A stretch of 33,512 bases of DNA from a virus. The notes below the pieces were generated by a model that ran no database searches, was not told the DNA's origin, and was given only the letters and a program-made list of their open reading frames with translations. The position numbers and the translations under genes were made by a program. The stretch lies in IMG/VR virus record IMGVR_UViG_3300021509_000009; one strand, 5' to 3'. This document shows, in pieces, positions 25,362 to 33,512 of this stretch (position 1 is its first letter; every line of letters starts with the position of its first letter).

Positions 25362-26885
25362 ATGGGAGTAAAATATTCAATTGTTGTTTTACCTTCTTTA
25401 TTTCGTAAGGATAAATTGAAGGATTTTCTATCAGTAGCTACTGTTGATACTGAATTAATTGCAGTGGATAATGATTATAATAAGGAAACAAAAGAATTCT
25501 TTAGAAAATATATTAATAATCATCAGCGGATAGTATATCTTCCACCAAGATTACAAAATGAGAAACTGAAACTACGATACGCATCATTATGGAATACTGC
25601 GTTTTTATATGCAGAAGGAGATTGGATAATTTGTATTAAACCCGGAGTAGAGTTATCACAGGAACTTATAATGCAACTCTGTCTAAGTATTGATGACTTA
25701 GTAAACCAAACAGGTGGAGAGAATTTTGCAATAATAAGTAATAAGGAAGTTCAATTTTTAAATGATGACGAAAGTATTGAATACGGGAAGTTAGAAGATA
25801 GCGCTTATGTTCCCTTTGATATAGCAGTTTTTCCCCGGAAGTATTTAGATATTGTAAATGGTTATGATGAACTTTATGATTATATAGGTGCTAAAGCCGA
25901 AGATGCAGATGAAGATTTCTTTTGTAGATTAGGAAAGGCTGGCTGTACTATCTATTTCGATAAAGAATTACCAAATTATTATAACACCTATTCCACATTT
26001 CAATTTCAATTTGTTGAGCCTTTAGTGAATTTGTTTTATTTTCAACGCTTCCAAATAATGAATGGTAAGGTAAAAGCATTCAATGGTTATGATTACAAGG
26101 AGGATAATATTAAGTGTTTGGCATTTCGTGAACAATTTGAATTGGTAGGCGAAGAATTTGAAATTATTAAAATACAAGGTAATGAATACACATTAAGATG
26201 TTTTGGCAAAGAAATAATTTTGAATACTTACTCCTCTAATGATTTTGTTTCTTCATGGATTTCTAATGTCAATTATTATGAAATTGGTTTACTTCGTGAA
26301 TTAGTAAAATATACAAAAAATAAAGTTGTATTTGATGTTGGTGCATATATAGGTACTCATAGTATTTACATTTCCAAATTTGGTAATCCTGAAAAGGTTT
26401 ATGCATTTGAACCCGATTCCAGAAGTTTCAAGCTATTGAAAAAGAACATCGAAGCTAATAAATTAGATGATGTCATTGTTCCTATAAATAAAGGAGTTTG
26501 GGATACTGACACAATAGTTAATTTTAGAGTTGCAGATGAATCAAATAGAGGGATAAGTAAAGTAGATTATGCGGGTAATACGACCATTCAAGTTGTTTCA
26601 CTTGATAAGTTTTGTAGCGATGGTAAGTATGATTGCATAAAGATTGATATTGAAGGTAATGAATTGAAAGTTTTAGAAGGTGCGAGAAAGATAATTACTA
26701 ATAATCGTCCTGTGTTAGCAATTGAAGTACATGGTACAAAATTTGAGTTTCCTGATTGGATATTGAAGTTGGGTTATAAAGTAAAGAAGATTAGGTCAGG
26801 CAATATGAATCATGTAGTGCTTGTTCATGGTGTACATAAATCAGATTATAAACCCTTAGAGAAAGTTATTGAATTTCCTATTTAA
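25362..26885 (+). CDS. Fusion: degenerate GT2-like glycosyltransferase + FkbM-family methyltransferase
   Basis: N-terminal: LIAVDN, AEGDWII, VNGYDE, EDADEDFFCRL. C-terminal: FDVGAYIG, VYAFEPD, IKIDIEGNELKVLEGA. Confidence 0.8.
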   Translation: MGVKYSIVVLPSLFRKDKLKDFLSVATVDTELIAVDNDYNKETKEFFRKYINNHQRIVYLPPRLQNEKLKLRYASLWNTAFLYAEGDWIICIKPGVELSQELIMQLCLSIDDLVNQTGGENFAIISNKEVQFLNDDESIEYGKLEDSAYVPFDIAVFPRKYLDIVNGYDELYDYIGAKAEDADEDFFCRLGKAGCTIYFDKELPNYYNTYSTFQFQFVEPLVNLFYFQRFQIMNGKVKAFNGYDYKEDNIKCLAFREQFELVGEEFEIIKIQGNEYTLRCFGKEIILNTYSSNDFVSSWISNVNYYEIGLLRELVKYTKNKVVFDVGAYIGTHSIYISKFGNPEKVYAFEPDSRSFKLLKKNIEANKLDDVIVPINKGVWDTDTIVNFRVADESNRGISKVDYAGNTTIQVVSLDKFCSDGKYDCIKIDIEGNELKVLEGARKIITNNRPVLAIEVHGTKFEFPDWILKLGYKVKKIRSGNMNHVVLVHGVHKSDYKPLEKVIEFPI

Positions 26886-27340
26886 ATGTTTTAAAAATTT
26901 GAAGATGACACTTGATAGAATCATGGGATTTAAAGTTTCGGATAAGAAGGAAAATATCAAATATGATAAAAAAGAGGATATGAACTGTCCTGTTTGTATA
27001 ATAGGGGAGAAAGGCACTGGGAAAACAGAAAAACTAATCGAGTTAGCAGCGAAAGATTTTTGTTATATTGTAGTAAGAAATGAATCAGCAGCTCGACAAA
27101 TAGCGGAAAGAGCCAGAAAGAAAGGGATTGATATTCCTTTTCCTCTTACATATATTCAATTTATTAGAGGAAATTTCTATGGAAGAGGTATAAGATGCTT
27201 TGTGATAGATGACGTGGATGCACTTTTATGGTATCTTGCACGGGGAGTAAGAGTGAAAGCATTTTCTTTAGATGCTTCTTCAGTGAAGTTATTATATAAG
27301 AGATTCGACCCTAAAGATGATTATTGAGTTTCCTATTTAA
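26866..27340 (+). mobile_element. ~455 bp cassette bounded by 20-bp direct repeats (26866-26885, 27321-27340)
   Basis: TTATTGAATTTCCTATTTAA vs TTATTGAGTTTCCTATTTAA (19/20 identical). Confidence 0.55.
26980..27327 (+). CDS. Small P-loop NTPase-like protein
   Basis: GEKGTGKT Walker A and FVIDD Walker B. GAGGA RBS before ATG 26980. Confidence 0.7.
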   Translation: MNCPVCIIGEKGTGKTEKLIELAAKDFCYIVVRNESAARQIAERARKKGIDIPFPLTYIQFIRGNFYGRGIRCFVIDDVDALLWYLARGVRVKAFSLDASSVKLLYKRFDPKDDY

Positions 27341-27353
27341 GTAAAATTTATAG

Positions 27354-28832
27354 ATGAAACATAAGATAATCTGTGGTGATTGTATCGAAGCGCTAAAAGA
27401 GATCGAAGACAATTCTATTGATAGCTGTGTAACCGACCCGCCTTATGGTTAGAATTCATGGGTAAGGATTGGGATTACAATGTCCCTTCAGTCAAGGTAT
27501 GGCAGGAAATTTTTAGGGTATTAAAGCCCGGAGCGTATTTGTTATCGTTTTTCGGAACACGGACTTATCATAGAGGAGTTGTAAACATTGAAGATGCTGG
27601 ATTTGAAGTGAAAGATATGATACTGTGGATATACGGTTCAGGCTTTCCTAAATCAACGGATATAAGCAAGGCAATAGATAAGGAATTTAAAAGATTAGAA
27701 GAAAGAGAAATTATAGGAGTTAGCGAAAATCAAGTAGGTGTTGGGTGGGCAAAGAAAGATTTGGCGGGATATAAAGAAAGGTATTTTATTACATCTCCAG
27801 CAACACCAGAAGCCCAAAAATGGCAAGGCTTTGGTACAGCGCTCAAGCCGGCATGTGAACCTATTGTTTTAGCAAAGAAGCCTATAAGCGAACATAACAT
27901 AGCCCAGAATGTCCTTAAATGGGGCACTGGCGGATTAAATATTGATAGATGTAGGGTAGCTTTTCAAAATAAAGCTGATGAAGAGGAAAGTAAAGGCAAA
28001 AACCAACACAGCAAATATAAAAATTCTATAATGAGAAACCCTGCGAAACATGGTATTTATCATATTGATAAAAGACCTGCAATTGATTATACAGCAAAAG
28101 GACGCTTTCCTGCAAATATTATTTTAGAATGTTGTTGTGAAGATAGTGAGCTTATAGAAGGTAAAGAAATAAAAAGCGGTAATTTTCCAAAAGATAGAGG
28201 TAAAACAGCTTTCTTTGGAACATCAAAAGAGCATGACCATTATGTTGGTGAGGTTAAAGACAAAGTATTAATCCATACCAATCCTAACTGTGTATGCAGG
28301 ATGTTAGATGAACAAAGCGGGGTATTAACAAGTCATGGTGGGGGCTCGTGTATATTTGGTGGTGTATTTGGTAATAAAAAGCCGATAGCAGACAAAATGG
28401 CAATGGAAAGATTTAAAAATGACAGAGGCGGCGCTTCTCGTTTCTTCTATCAAGCCAAAGCATCACAAAACGAACGCTGGTTTTATTGCAAGATTTGTAA
28501 ACAAGCCCATCCTATGAAAGAGCGAGACAACCATATCCATAACCCTCCAGATAATACCAGATACCAGCACTTAGAGTTCTCATCCAACTCAAAAACCGTT
28601 AGAACTCATACGATATTTAGTTAGGCTCGTAACACCACCACATGGGACACTAATAGACCCGTTTATGGGTACGGGCACGGCGATAGTAGCAGCCGAAAGA
28701 GGAGGTTTCAATTCGATAGGCATAGATAACAAGCTTGAATATTGTGAGATAGCCATTAAGAGGATAGAAGAAGAGCTGAAACAATTGAGAATAAACAGAG
28801 AACCTTCAACAATAGAACGAATTGGATTTTAA
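27354..28832 (+). pseudogene. N4-C/N6-A DNA methyltransferase (beta-class order) split by two frameshifts
   Basis: Frame 1 from ATG 27354: ICGDCIEALK...VTDPPYG, then TAG at 27450. Frame 2: LEFMGKDWD...VLKPGAYL.... Frame 3 from 28581: HPTQKPLELIRYLV...LIDPFMGTGT, ending at TAA 28830-28832. Confidence 0.85.
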
Positions 28833-28838
28833 TTTTAA

Positions 28839-29051
28839 ATGAAAGAAATAGATAAAATTTTAAAAAATATTGTAGGCACTTATAGATTTACTGAAATAGA
28901 TTTTAGTGCAGAATTAGAATCACTTGATTCAAAGAAGAATTTAGTTACTTTTCGATTAGGAGATTTAGATATGAAGATGTTTTTACGATACCTTCATGAT
29001 TTGGATATTGATAATCCTTTGTTTAAATTAAAGGTTCAATTAGAAGATTAA
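28839..29051 (+). CDS. Hypothetical protein
   Basis: Operon packing. Confidence 0.55.
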   Translation: MKEIDKILKNIVGTYRFTEIDFSAELESLDSKKNLVTFRLGDLDMKMFLRYLHDLDIDNPLFKLKVQLED

Positions 29052-29058
29052 GATATAA

Positions 29059-29853
29059 ATGGTGATACCAGTTGACTTTGCTCATGATGTAATTTCAGAT
29101 ATTGATGGTAACTATAATAACTATTATGTCATGTTCAGTGGAGGAAAGGATTCACTATGTGTTTTAGATTTAGTGGTGAAAAATCTAAAGAGTAGTTTCA
29201 AAGTGCTTTATATTGAAGGAAATGGCAATACTCATCCACTTTGTAATGAATACGTTCATTTCGTGGTGGAGGATTATTATGGTTTGGATTTAATTCATCT
29301 GAAATCAGAAGATGATGATTTCTTTCAGCTACTAGAGCAATATGGTTATCCTTCTTGTATTTGGTACCATTCAAGGTGGTGTCTTAATAGATTAAAAAAT
29401 AATCCTTTAAAAGAATTTGGGAAATTAAAATATGCAGTAACGTTTTCTGGTATGAAAATAGCAGATTCTCCTAATCGAAAACGTTATATATTGAAGCGAT
29501 TCTCTAAGGGAATAAAAAAGAATAAGAGGCCCTATACTTTTTGGGGTATAATATCTGTTCTGCCAATTATGCATTTTTCTAAAGTAGATGTTTGGGACTA
29601 TATTAAAACAAATAACCTTCCTTTAAATCCATGCTACGAGCTTATTGGTAGTTCAGGAAATTGTGTAATCTGTCCATATAATACTTTTACAGTGATGCAA
29701 AAAATTAAAAGAAATGCATCTTCATTCTATCAAAAGTGGCTTACAACTCATGAAAATATCAATAAGCTAAGAAATACTAAAGGAGAAAAATCTTGTGGGA
29801 TATTCCATACCTTTAATAAATTTGATGAATACTATCGTAAATTAAAGGGTTAA
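29059..29853 (+). CDS. Phosphoadenosine-phosphosulfate (PAPS) reductase-family PP-loop protein
   Basis: FSGGKDS, WCLNRLK, GMKIADSPNR, PIMHFSKVDVWDYI, NPCY, GNCVICP. Confidence 0.85.
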   Translation: MVIPVDFAHDVISDIDGNYNNYYVMFSGGKDSLCVLDLVVKNLKSSFKVLYIEGNGNTHPLCNEYVHFVVEDYYGLDLIHLKSEDDDFFQLLEQYGYPSCIWYHSRWCLNRLKNNPLKEFGKLKYAVTFSGMKIADSPNRKRYILKRFSKGIKKNKRPYTFWGIISVLPIMHFSKVDVWDYIKTNNLPLNPCYELIGSSGNCVICPYNTFTVMQKIKRNASSFYQKWLTTHENINKLRNTKGEKSCGIFHTFNKFDEYYRKLKG

Positions 29854-29854
29854 A

Positions 29855-30532
29855 ATGCAAGCTTGGGAGATTGAATCTCGAAAGAGTGTTTCCCTCTTTG
29901 TTGGTATTCCTATTATTCCTTCATTTAAATATACACATTGTGTAGTAGAAGAGAGTTGGAAGAATACATGGCAGCCTCCGAATACTATATGGCGTAAGAA
30001 TTTTTCCTTTGGTGTAGCAACCGCACGTGAACAATTAGCAGAAGAATTTTTAAGTACTGGTTATACTCATTTTTTACATCTTGATAGTGATATTGTATTA
30101 CGACAGGATACTATTGCTCGTATGCTTGAATTAGATGCTGATGTAGTGGTAGCACGCTATCATGAAAAATCTCCACTTCGGATGCCTCAAATTTTCAGGC
30201 ATAGCCAAGTGCCATTTAGAAGAGATGCACCTATTGATTTTAAAGAAAATGAGATATTTGAATTTCCTCGTCCAGACGGTGATGTGTTACTTTCGGGACT
30301 TGGTTGTGTATTAGTTAAACGAGAAGTGTTTGAAAAGATGAAACGACCATTCTATTTATTTAGTTCTGAGCATGAGGAGCTTGATGATTATGATAGAGTT
30401 TCCGAAGATTTTTATTTTTTACTTAAAGTTCAAAATGAAGCAAAAGCTAAAGTTGTTTATGCCCCAGCAATAAACGTGGGGCATGTTGGTGAAGTAATAG
30501 TTTGGGATAAAGATAATATTCAATTTATATAA
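29855..30532 (+). CDS. GT-A fold (GT2-like) glycosyltransferase
   Basis: HFLHLDSD (DxD), GLGCVLVKREVF, SEDFYF, VGHVG. Confidence 0.8.
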   Translation: MQAWEIESRKSVSLFVGIPIIPSFKYTHCVVEESWKNTWQPPNTIWRKNFSFGVATAREQLAEEFLSTGYTHFLHLDSDIVLRQDTIARMLELDADVVVARYHEKSPLRMPQIFRHSQVPFRRDAPIDFKENEIFEFPRPDGDVLLSGLGCVLVKREVFEKMKRPFYLFSSEHEELDDYDRVSEDFYFLLKVQNEAKAKVVYAPAINVGHVGEVIVWDKDNIQFI

Positions 30533-30545
30533 TAAGGGAGGAAGA

Positions 30546-31214
30546 ATGAAAATAAAGATTTTGTTTGTATTAGTGATGCTTTCGATGTTAGTGGGTGCAG
30601 TATCAGCAATGGGTTCTATGGAATATACTATAAATGCTAATGACGCTGTTGTTAGTGCTGATGTTAGTTATCGTAATGTTCTTGACAATGAAGTGGTATT
30701 AGGTATGGAAACAGTTAGACTCGATTATATGAATGTTGAAAATGCTGGTTTTATATCTGCTGATGATGAAGGAATTATAATGAACAATACGCTAAAAGCT
30801 TTGCCCGTGGTTACTCGTATAACTTCTTCTGGCACACTCAGTCAGAATTTTGTAGGCGCTATCCGAAATAATGAGACTTATGAGGTGGGTATCAGTGGTT
30901 TTCAGGCAAGTGGACGGATGATGGATTTAGCATCTGATATTCAGGTAGAAAGTACGGGGCTTTCGCATACAGTACAAGGACAAGTTGCAGGAGAAGTTGG
31001 TATGGGTCTTGTTACTCAAACACCCACAAATAGATTTAGAAATGTTGTTCGTTCACGAGCTACACTTCAAGATATTTCAATGAATATAAATTGGCAAATA
31101 TATCAACCAGCAGCAGAGATTGAAGTGCCAAATTCTGATATATCGTCGCTTTGTGTATGGGCAACACAATCAAACTATCCAATATTTCCTATTTCAAGTA
31201 TAAATAGTATCTAA
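30546..31214 (+). CDS. Secreted beta-rich protein of unknown function
   Basis: Signal peptide MKIKILFVLVMLSMLVGAVSA. N-x-T sequons (NNT, NET). Confidence 0.75.
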   Translation: MKIKILFVLVMLSMLVGAVSAMGSMEYTINANDAVVSADVSYRNVLDNEVVLGMETVRLDYMNVENAGFISADDEGIIMNNTLKALPVVTRITSSGTLSQNFVGAIRNNETYEVGISGFQASGRMMDLASDIQVESTGLSHTVQGQVAGEVGMGLVTQTPTNRFRNVVRSRATLQDISMNINWQIYQPAAEIEVPNSDISSLCVWATQSNYPIFPISSINSI

Positions 31215-31258
31215 TCATATTTTTATTTTTATATTTTATTGTTTTGTAGGAGAAACAA

Positions 31259-32374
31259 ATGGGTTTGGTAAGCATTATTTTCCCGATGTTCTTTACTGTC
31301 ACCGATAAGATGCATAGATTCTATGGCGGTCTTGAAGTACGTACTTTATATCTTGCTAAATTGTTAGGAGAAGCTGGATATGAAGTGAATGTTTTAGCGC
31401 CTCGTGGTTCACATTTATCTTATAAGAATGTTAAAGTTCTAACGGGTAATTATAGACCTTGGGATGGCAAAACTGTTCATCCAGTAGATTTAGAAAAAGA
31501 TTTAATTGAATCAAATCTGGATGTTCTCAATGAGAGTGATGTAGTACTTGAGGATAATCATTTCCATTATTACCATTATTTAAAATCAAAGAATCCTGAT
31601 GAATTTCCGCATTTAGTAATGTCTTGGGATCATCATCCTGATAATATCTCTTCGCTACCCAATTTTCCTTGTCATATTATTGCAGTTTCTAAGTGGGTAA
31701 TGTCGGCGTTACGAGAGAAATTCAAAAATCTTGGTCATTATTTCTATTATGCTTATTCTGGTTTGGTCTTAGAAAATTATCCTGAAGTTGATATTAATGA
31801 TAAACAAGATAATCTCTATATATTTTTAGCTCGCTTTTCTATGGTGAAATCTCCTCATGTTATATTAGAATTAGCTAAAGAGTATCCTAATGATGAATTT
31901 GTTTTGATGGGTGATGTATTATTCACGCAAGAAAATGGTTATGCACGGGTCATTTTAGAGGAATCTGAGAATTTAGATAATGTTAAAGTTATATTTAATG
32001 CAAGTTGGGAAGAAAAGATTAATTATTTAAAACAAGCAAGTGGATTATTACATCCGGGATTTTGGAACGGTCCTCTTGAATGGGATATTCTTGAGGGGTT
32101 GTTATATGGTGCGAAGGTGCTATGTTATGATAGAGGAGCAGTAAGAGAAATATATCATAATGGTAAACACGGTTATATAGTTCCATTTGCTACAACCGAA
32201 GAAGAAAATATAGAAAATTATATAAGAGCTTTCAGAAATTTTAAAAACTTGAAAGTTAATCGTGAGGGGTGCAGGAATAGAGTTTTAGAACATTTTGATT
32301 TCAAAAAGAATTCATATCCCACATATAAAAAGGTTTTATTTGATAATCGTAATTTGAAAGAGCCTAATCGTTAA
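31259..32374 (+). CDS. GT-B fold (GT4-like) glycosyltransferase
   Basis: YGGLE...GYEVNVL, FLARFSMVKSP, ILEGLLYGAKVL...RGAVREI...GYIV. Confidence 0.85.
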   Translation: MGLVSIIFPMFFTVTDKMHRFYGGLEVRTLYLAKLLGEAGYEVNVLAPRGSHLSYKNVKVLTGNYRPWDGKTVHPVDLEKDLIESNLDVLNESDVVLEDNHFHYYHYLKSKNPDEFPHLVMSWDHHPDNISSLPNFPCHIIAVSKWVMSALREKFKNLGHYFYYAYSGLVLENYPEVDINDKQDNLYIFLARFSMVKSPHVILELAKEYPNDEFVLMGDVLFTQENGYARVILEESENLDNVKVIFNASWEEKINYLKQASGLLHPGFWNGPLEWDILEGLLYGAKVLCYDRGAVREIYHNGKHGYIVPFATTEEENIENYIRAFRNFKNLKVNREGCRNRVLEHFDFKKNSYPTYKKVLFDNRNLKEPNR

Positions 32375-32384
32375 ATAATTTGTT

Positions 32385-33008
32385 ATGGTTCGGTGTAAGA
32401 TTTGCGGTAAGGAACTGAGTCGTCTAACCTATTTTCATTTAAAACAGCATGGACTTACTGTTGAGGAATATAAGAAGCAGTTTCCGGGTGAACCAATATC
32501 TGATTTACAAGTAAGAGAGAAAATAGCAAAAGAATTCACCTCTACTATCCATATACATGAGAAGGATGGAAGTGTTTTTACTTTACATATAGATGAATAC
32601 ACAAGTAAGCGTTTTAAGAAATATCGAGAATTGAAAGGTTGGAGTGTTACAGATGCTATCAATAATTTGATTGACCACGATATAGCCTATGAGAAATTAA
32701 AAGAGCGTCTAAATAAGAAAAAGGGAAAGAAGCTTATAACCTCTAATATAAATCTTGCTAAATTACATCGTGAAGAATTAGAAGAGGTTTTGAAAATTCT
32801 TGAACAGCGAGTGAAATTAGAAAAAGATGCTACAAAGATAGCTGCTATTGCAGAGAAAATGGCAAAGATTAATATGATATTACCTGAACTTGAAAAGAGT
32901 TTCAAAACAAGCATAGATGAACAAATTGAGAGATTAATTATTAAAAGGAAAGCTATATGTAAAAATTATTTACCTGAAAAGGATGCTTTTCCTTATCATA
33001 CTAAATAA
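32385..33008 (+). CDS. Protein with N-terminal MucR/Ros-like Zn finger and C-terminal helical region
   Basis: CKICGK...HLKQHGLTVEEYKKQF. Confidence 0.65.
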   Translation: MVRCKICGKELSRLTYFHLKQHGLTVEEYKKQFPGEPISDLQVREKIAKEFTSTIHIHEKDGSVFTLHIDEYTSKRFKKYRELKGWSVTDAINNLIDHDIAYEKLKERLNKKKGKKLITSNINLAKLHREELEEVLKILEQRVKLEKDATKIAAIAEKMAKINMILPELEKSFKTSIDEQIERLIIKRKAICKNYLPEKDAFPYHTK

Positions 33009-33026
33009 TATTAAAAGTTTAATGAG

Positions 33027-33290
33027 GTGGTGAATATGGAAACTATATTGTATGCAATTGTGGCATCAGTAGTTTATGGTTTGGCAGGGTATCTAAAGAA
33101 TGCTTCTCAAGAAGATTTTGATGTTGCAAAGTTTCTTTCCACTTTTGTTGTTGCGATACTCGTAGGTGGCGTTTGTTATGTTACAGGTATGCCTATTACT
33201 GAGACGAATGTAGCTGAACAGCTCATGGCATATACAGGGCTAATCGTTATAATCCAACAGCTTTTTAAGGCTTTAATGCGAAGATTGTAA
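33027..33290 (+). CDS. Small multi-pass membrane protein, holin-like
   Basis: Three hydrophobic segments and a basic C-terminus (KALMRRL). Confidence 0.55.
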   Translation: MVNMETILYAIVASVVYGLAGYLKNASQEDFDVAKFLSTFVVAILVGGVCYVTGMPITETNVAEQLMAYTGLIVIIQQLFKALMRRL

Positions 33291-33329
33291 ATACAATATA
33301 TTTTTTGTTTTATTTTTTAATTTTTATTT

Positions 33330-33512
33330 TTGATTTCTGAACGCTATCTTTCTTACTGTTATCACTGTGGTAAAGAAATTAAGTATGGTCGTATATTCTG
33401 TGATGAATGTAATACTCCTATAAATAGACAAATTTTTGAATTTTTCTCTGAACTTCCTAAAAATAAAGATGGTGTATTCATACGACCACGAGGTAAAAAG
33501 CTTTATGATGTA
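33330..33512 (+). CDS. 3'-partial Zn-finger-containing ORF
   Basis: From TTG 33330, open to the window end: YCYHCGK...FCDEC. Confidence 0.45.
   Translation, partial: MISERYLSYCYHCGKEIKYGRIFCDECNTPINRQIFEFFSELPKNKDGVFIRPRGKKLYDV

Noticed and set aside
27447-27525. Amber (Pyl) readthrough of the TAG after DPPYG
   Set aside because: Readthrough gives an unrelated peptide that soon stops. The conserved LEFMGKDWD is in another frame, so this is a frameshift, not recoding.
1-33512. CRISPR array, integrase/transposase, reverse transcriptase (DGR), rRNA, capsid/terminase genes
   Set aside because: No regularly spaced repeat-spacer units and none of the diagnostic motifs were seen in this window.

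Overview
AT-rich, gene-dense window that reads as part of an archaeal virus genome, probably from a Methanomicrobia-type host (Methanosarcinales/ANME-like). The virus and host calls are inference. No capsid, portal, terminase, integrase or polymerase gene is recognisable here. The archaeal signal comes from GGAGG/GGTGAT ribosome-binding sites, TATA-type promoters, an archaeo-eukaryotic primase, RadB-like and ERCC4/XPF proteins, and a disaggregatase-type beta-helix. Layout: (1) 1-18.8 kb, leftward block with a secreted beta-helix protein (missed by the ORF track, runs off the left edge), Nmad1, two YopX, ClpP-like, DUF47, PD-(D/E)XK and ERCC4 nucleases, a metallophosphoesterase, RadB-like and PriS-PriL primase. 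(2) 16.5-17.1 kb, a tRNA-like gene with a long anticodon insert, an HNH-like ORF and a GC-rich multi-hairpin RNA candidate. (3) 17.9-25.3 kb, small 'early' genes in alternating orientation with shared promoter motifs, a covarying 5'-coding hairpin, dispersed ~60 bp repeats and an origin-like region. (4) 25.4-33.5 kb, rightward modification cluster (GT2-FkbM fusion, P-loop cassette between direct repeats, doubly frameshifted DNA methyltransferase, PAPS-reductase-like, GT2, secreted protein, GT4), then a Zn-finger protein and a holin-like protein. All family calls come from motif recognition by eye, not database searches.
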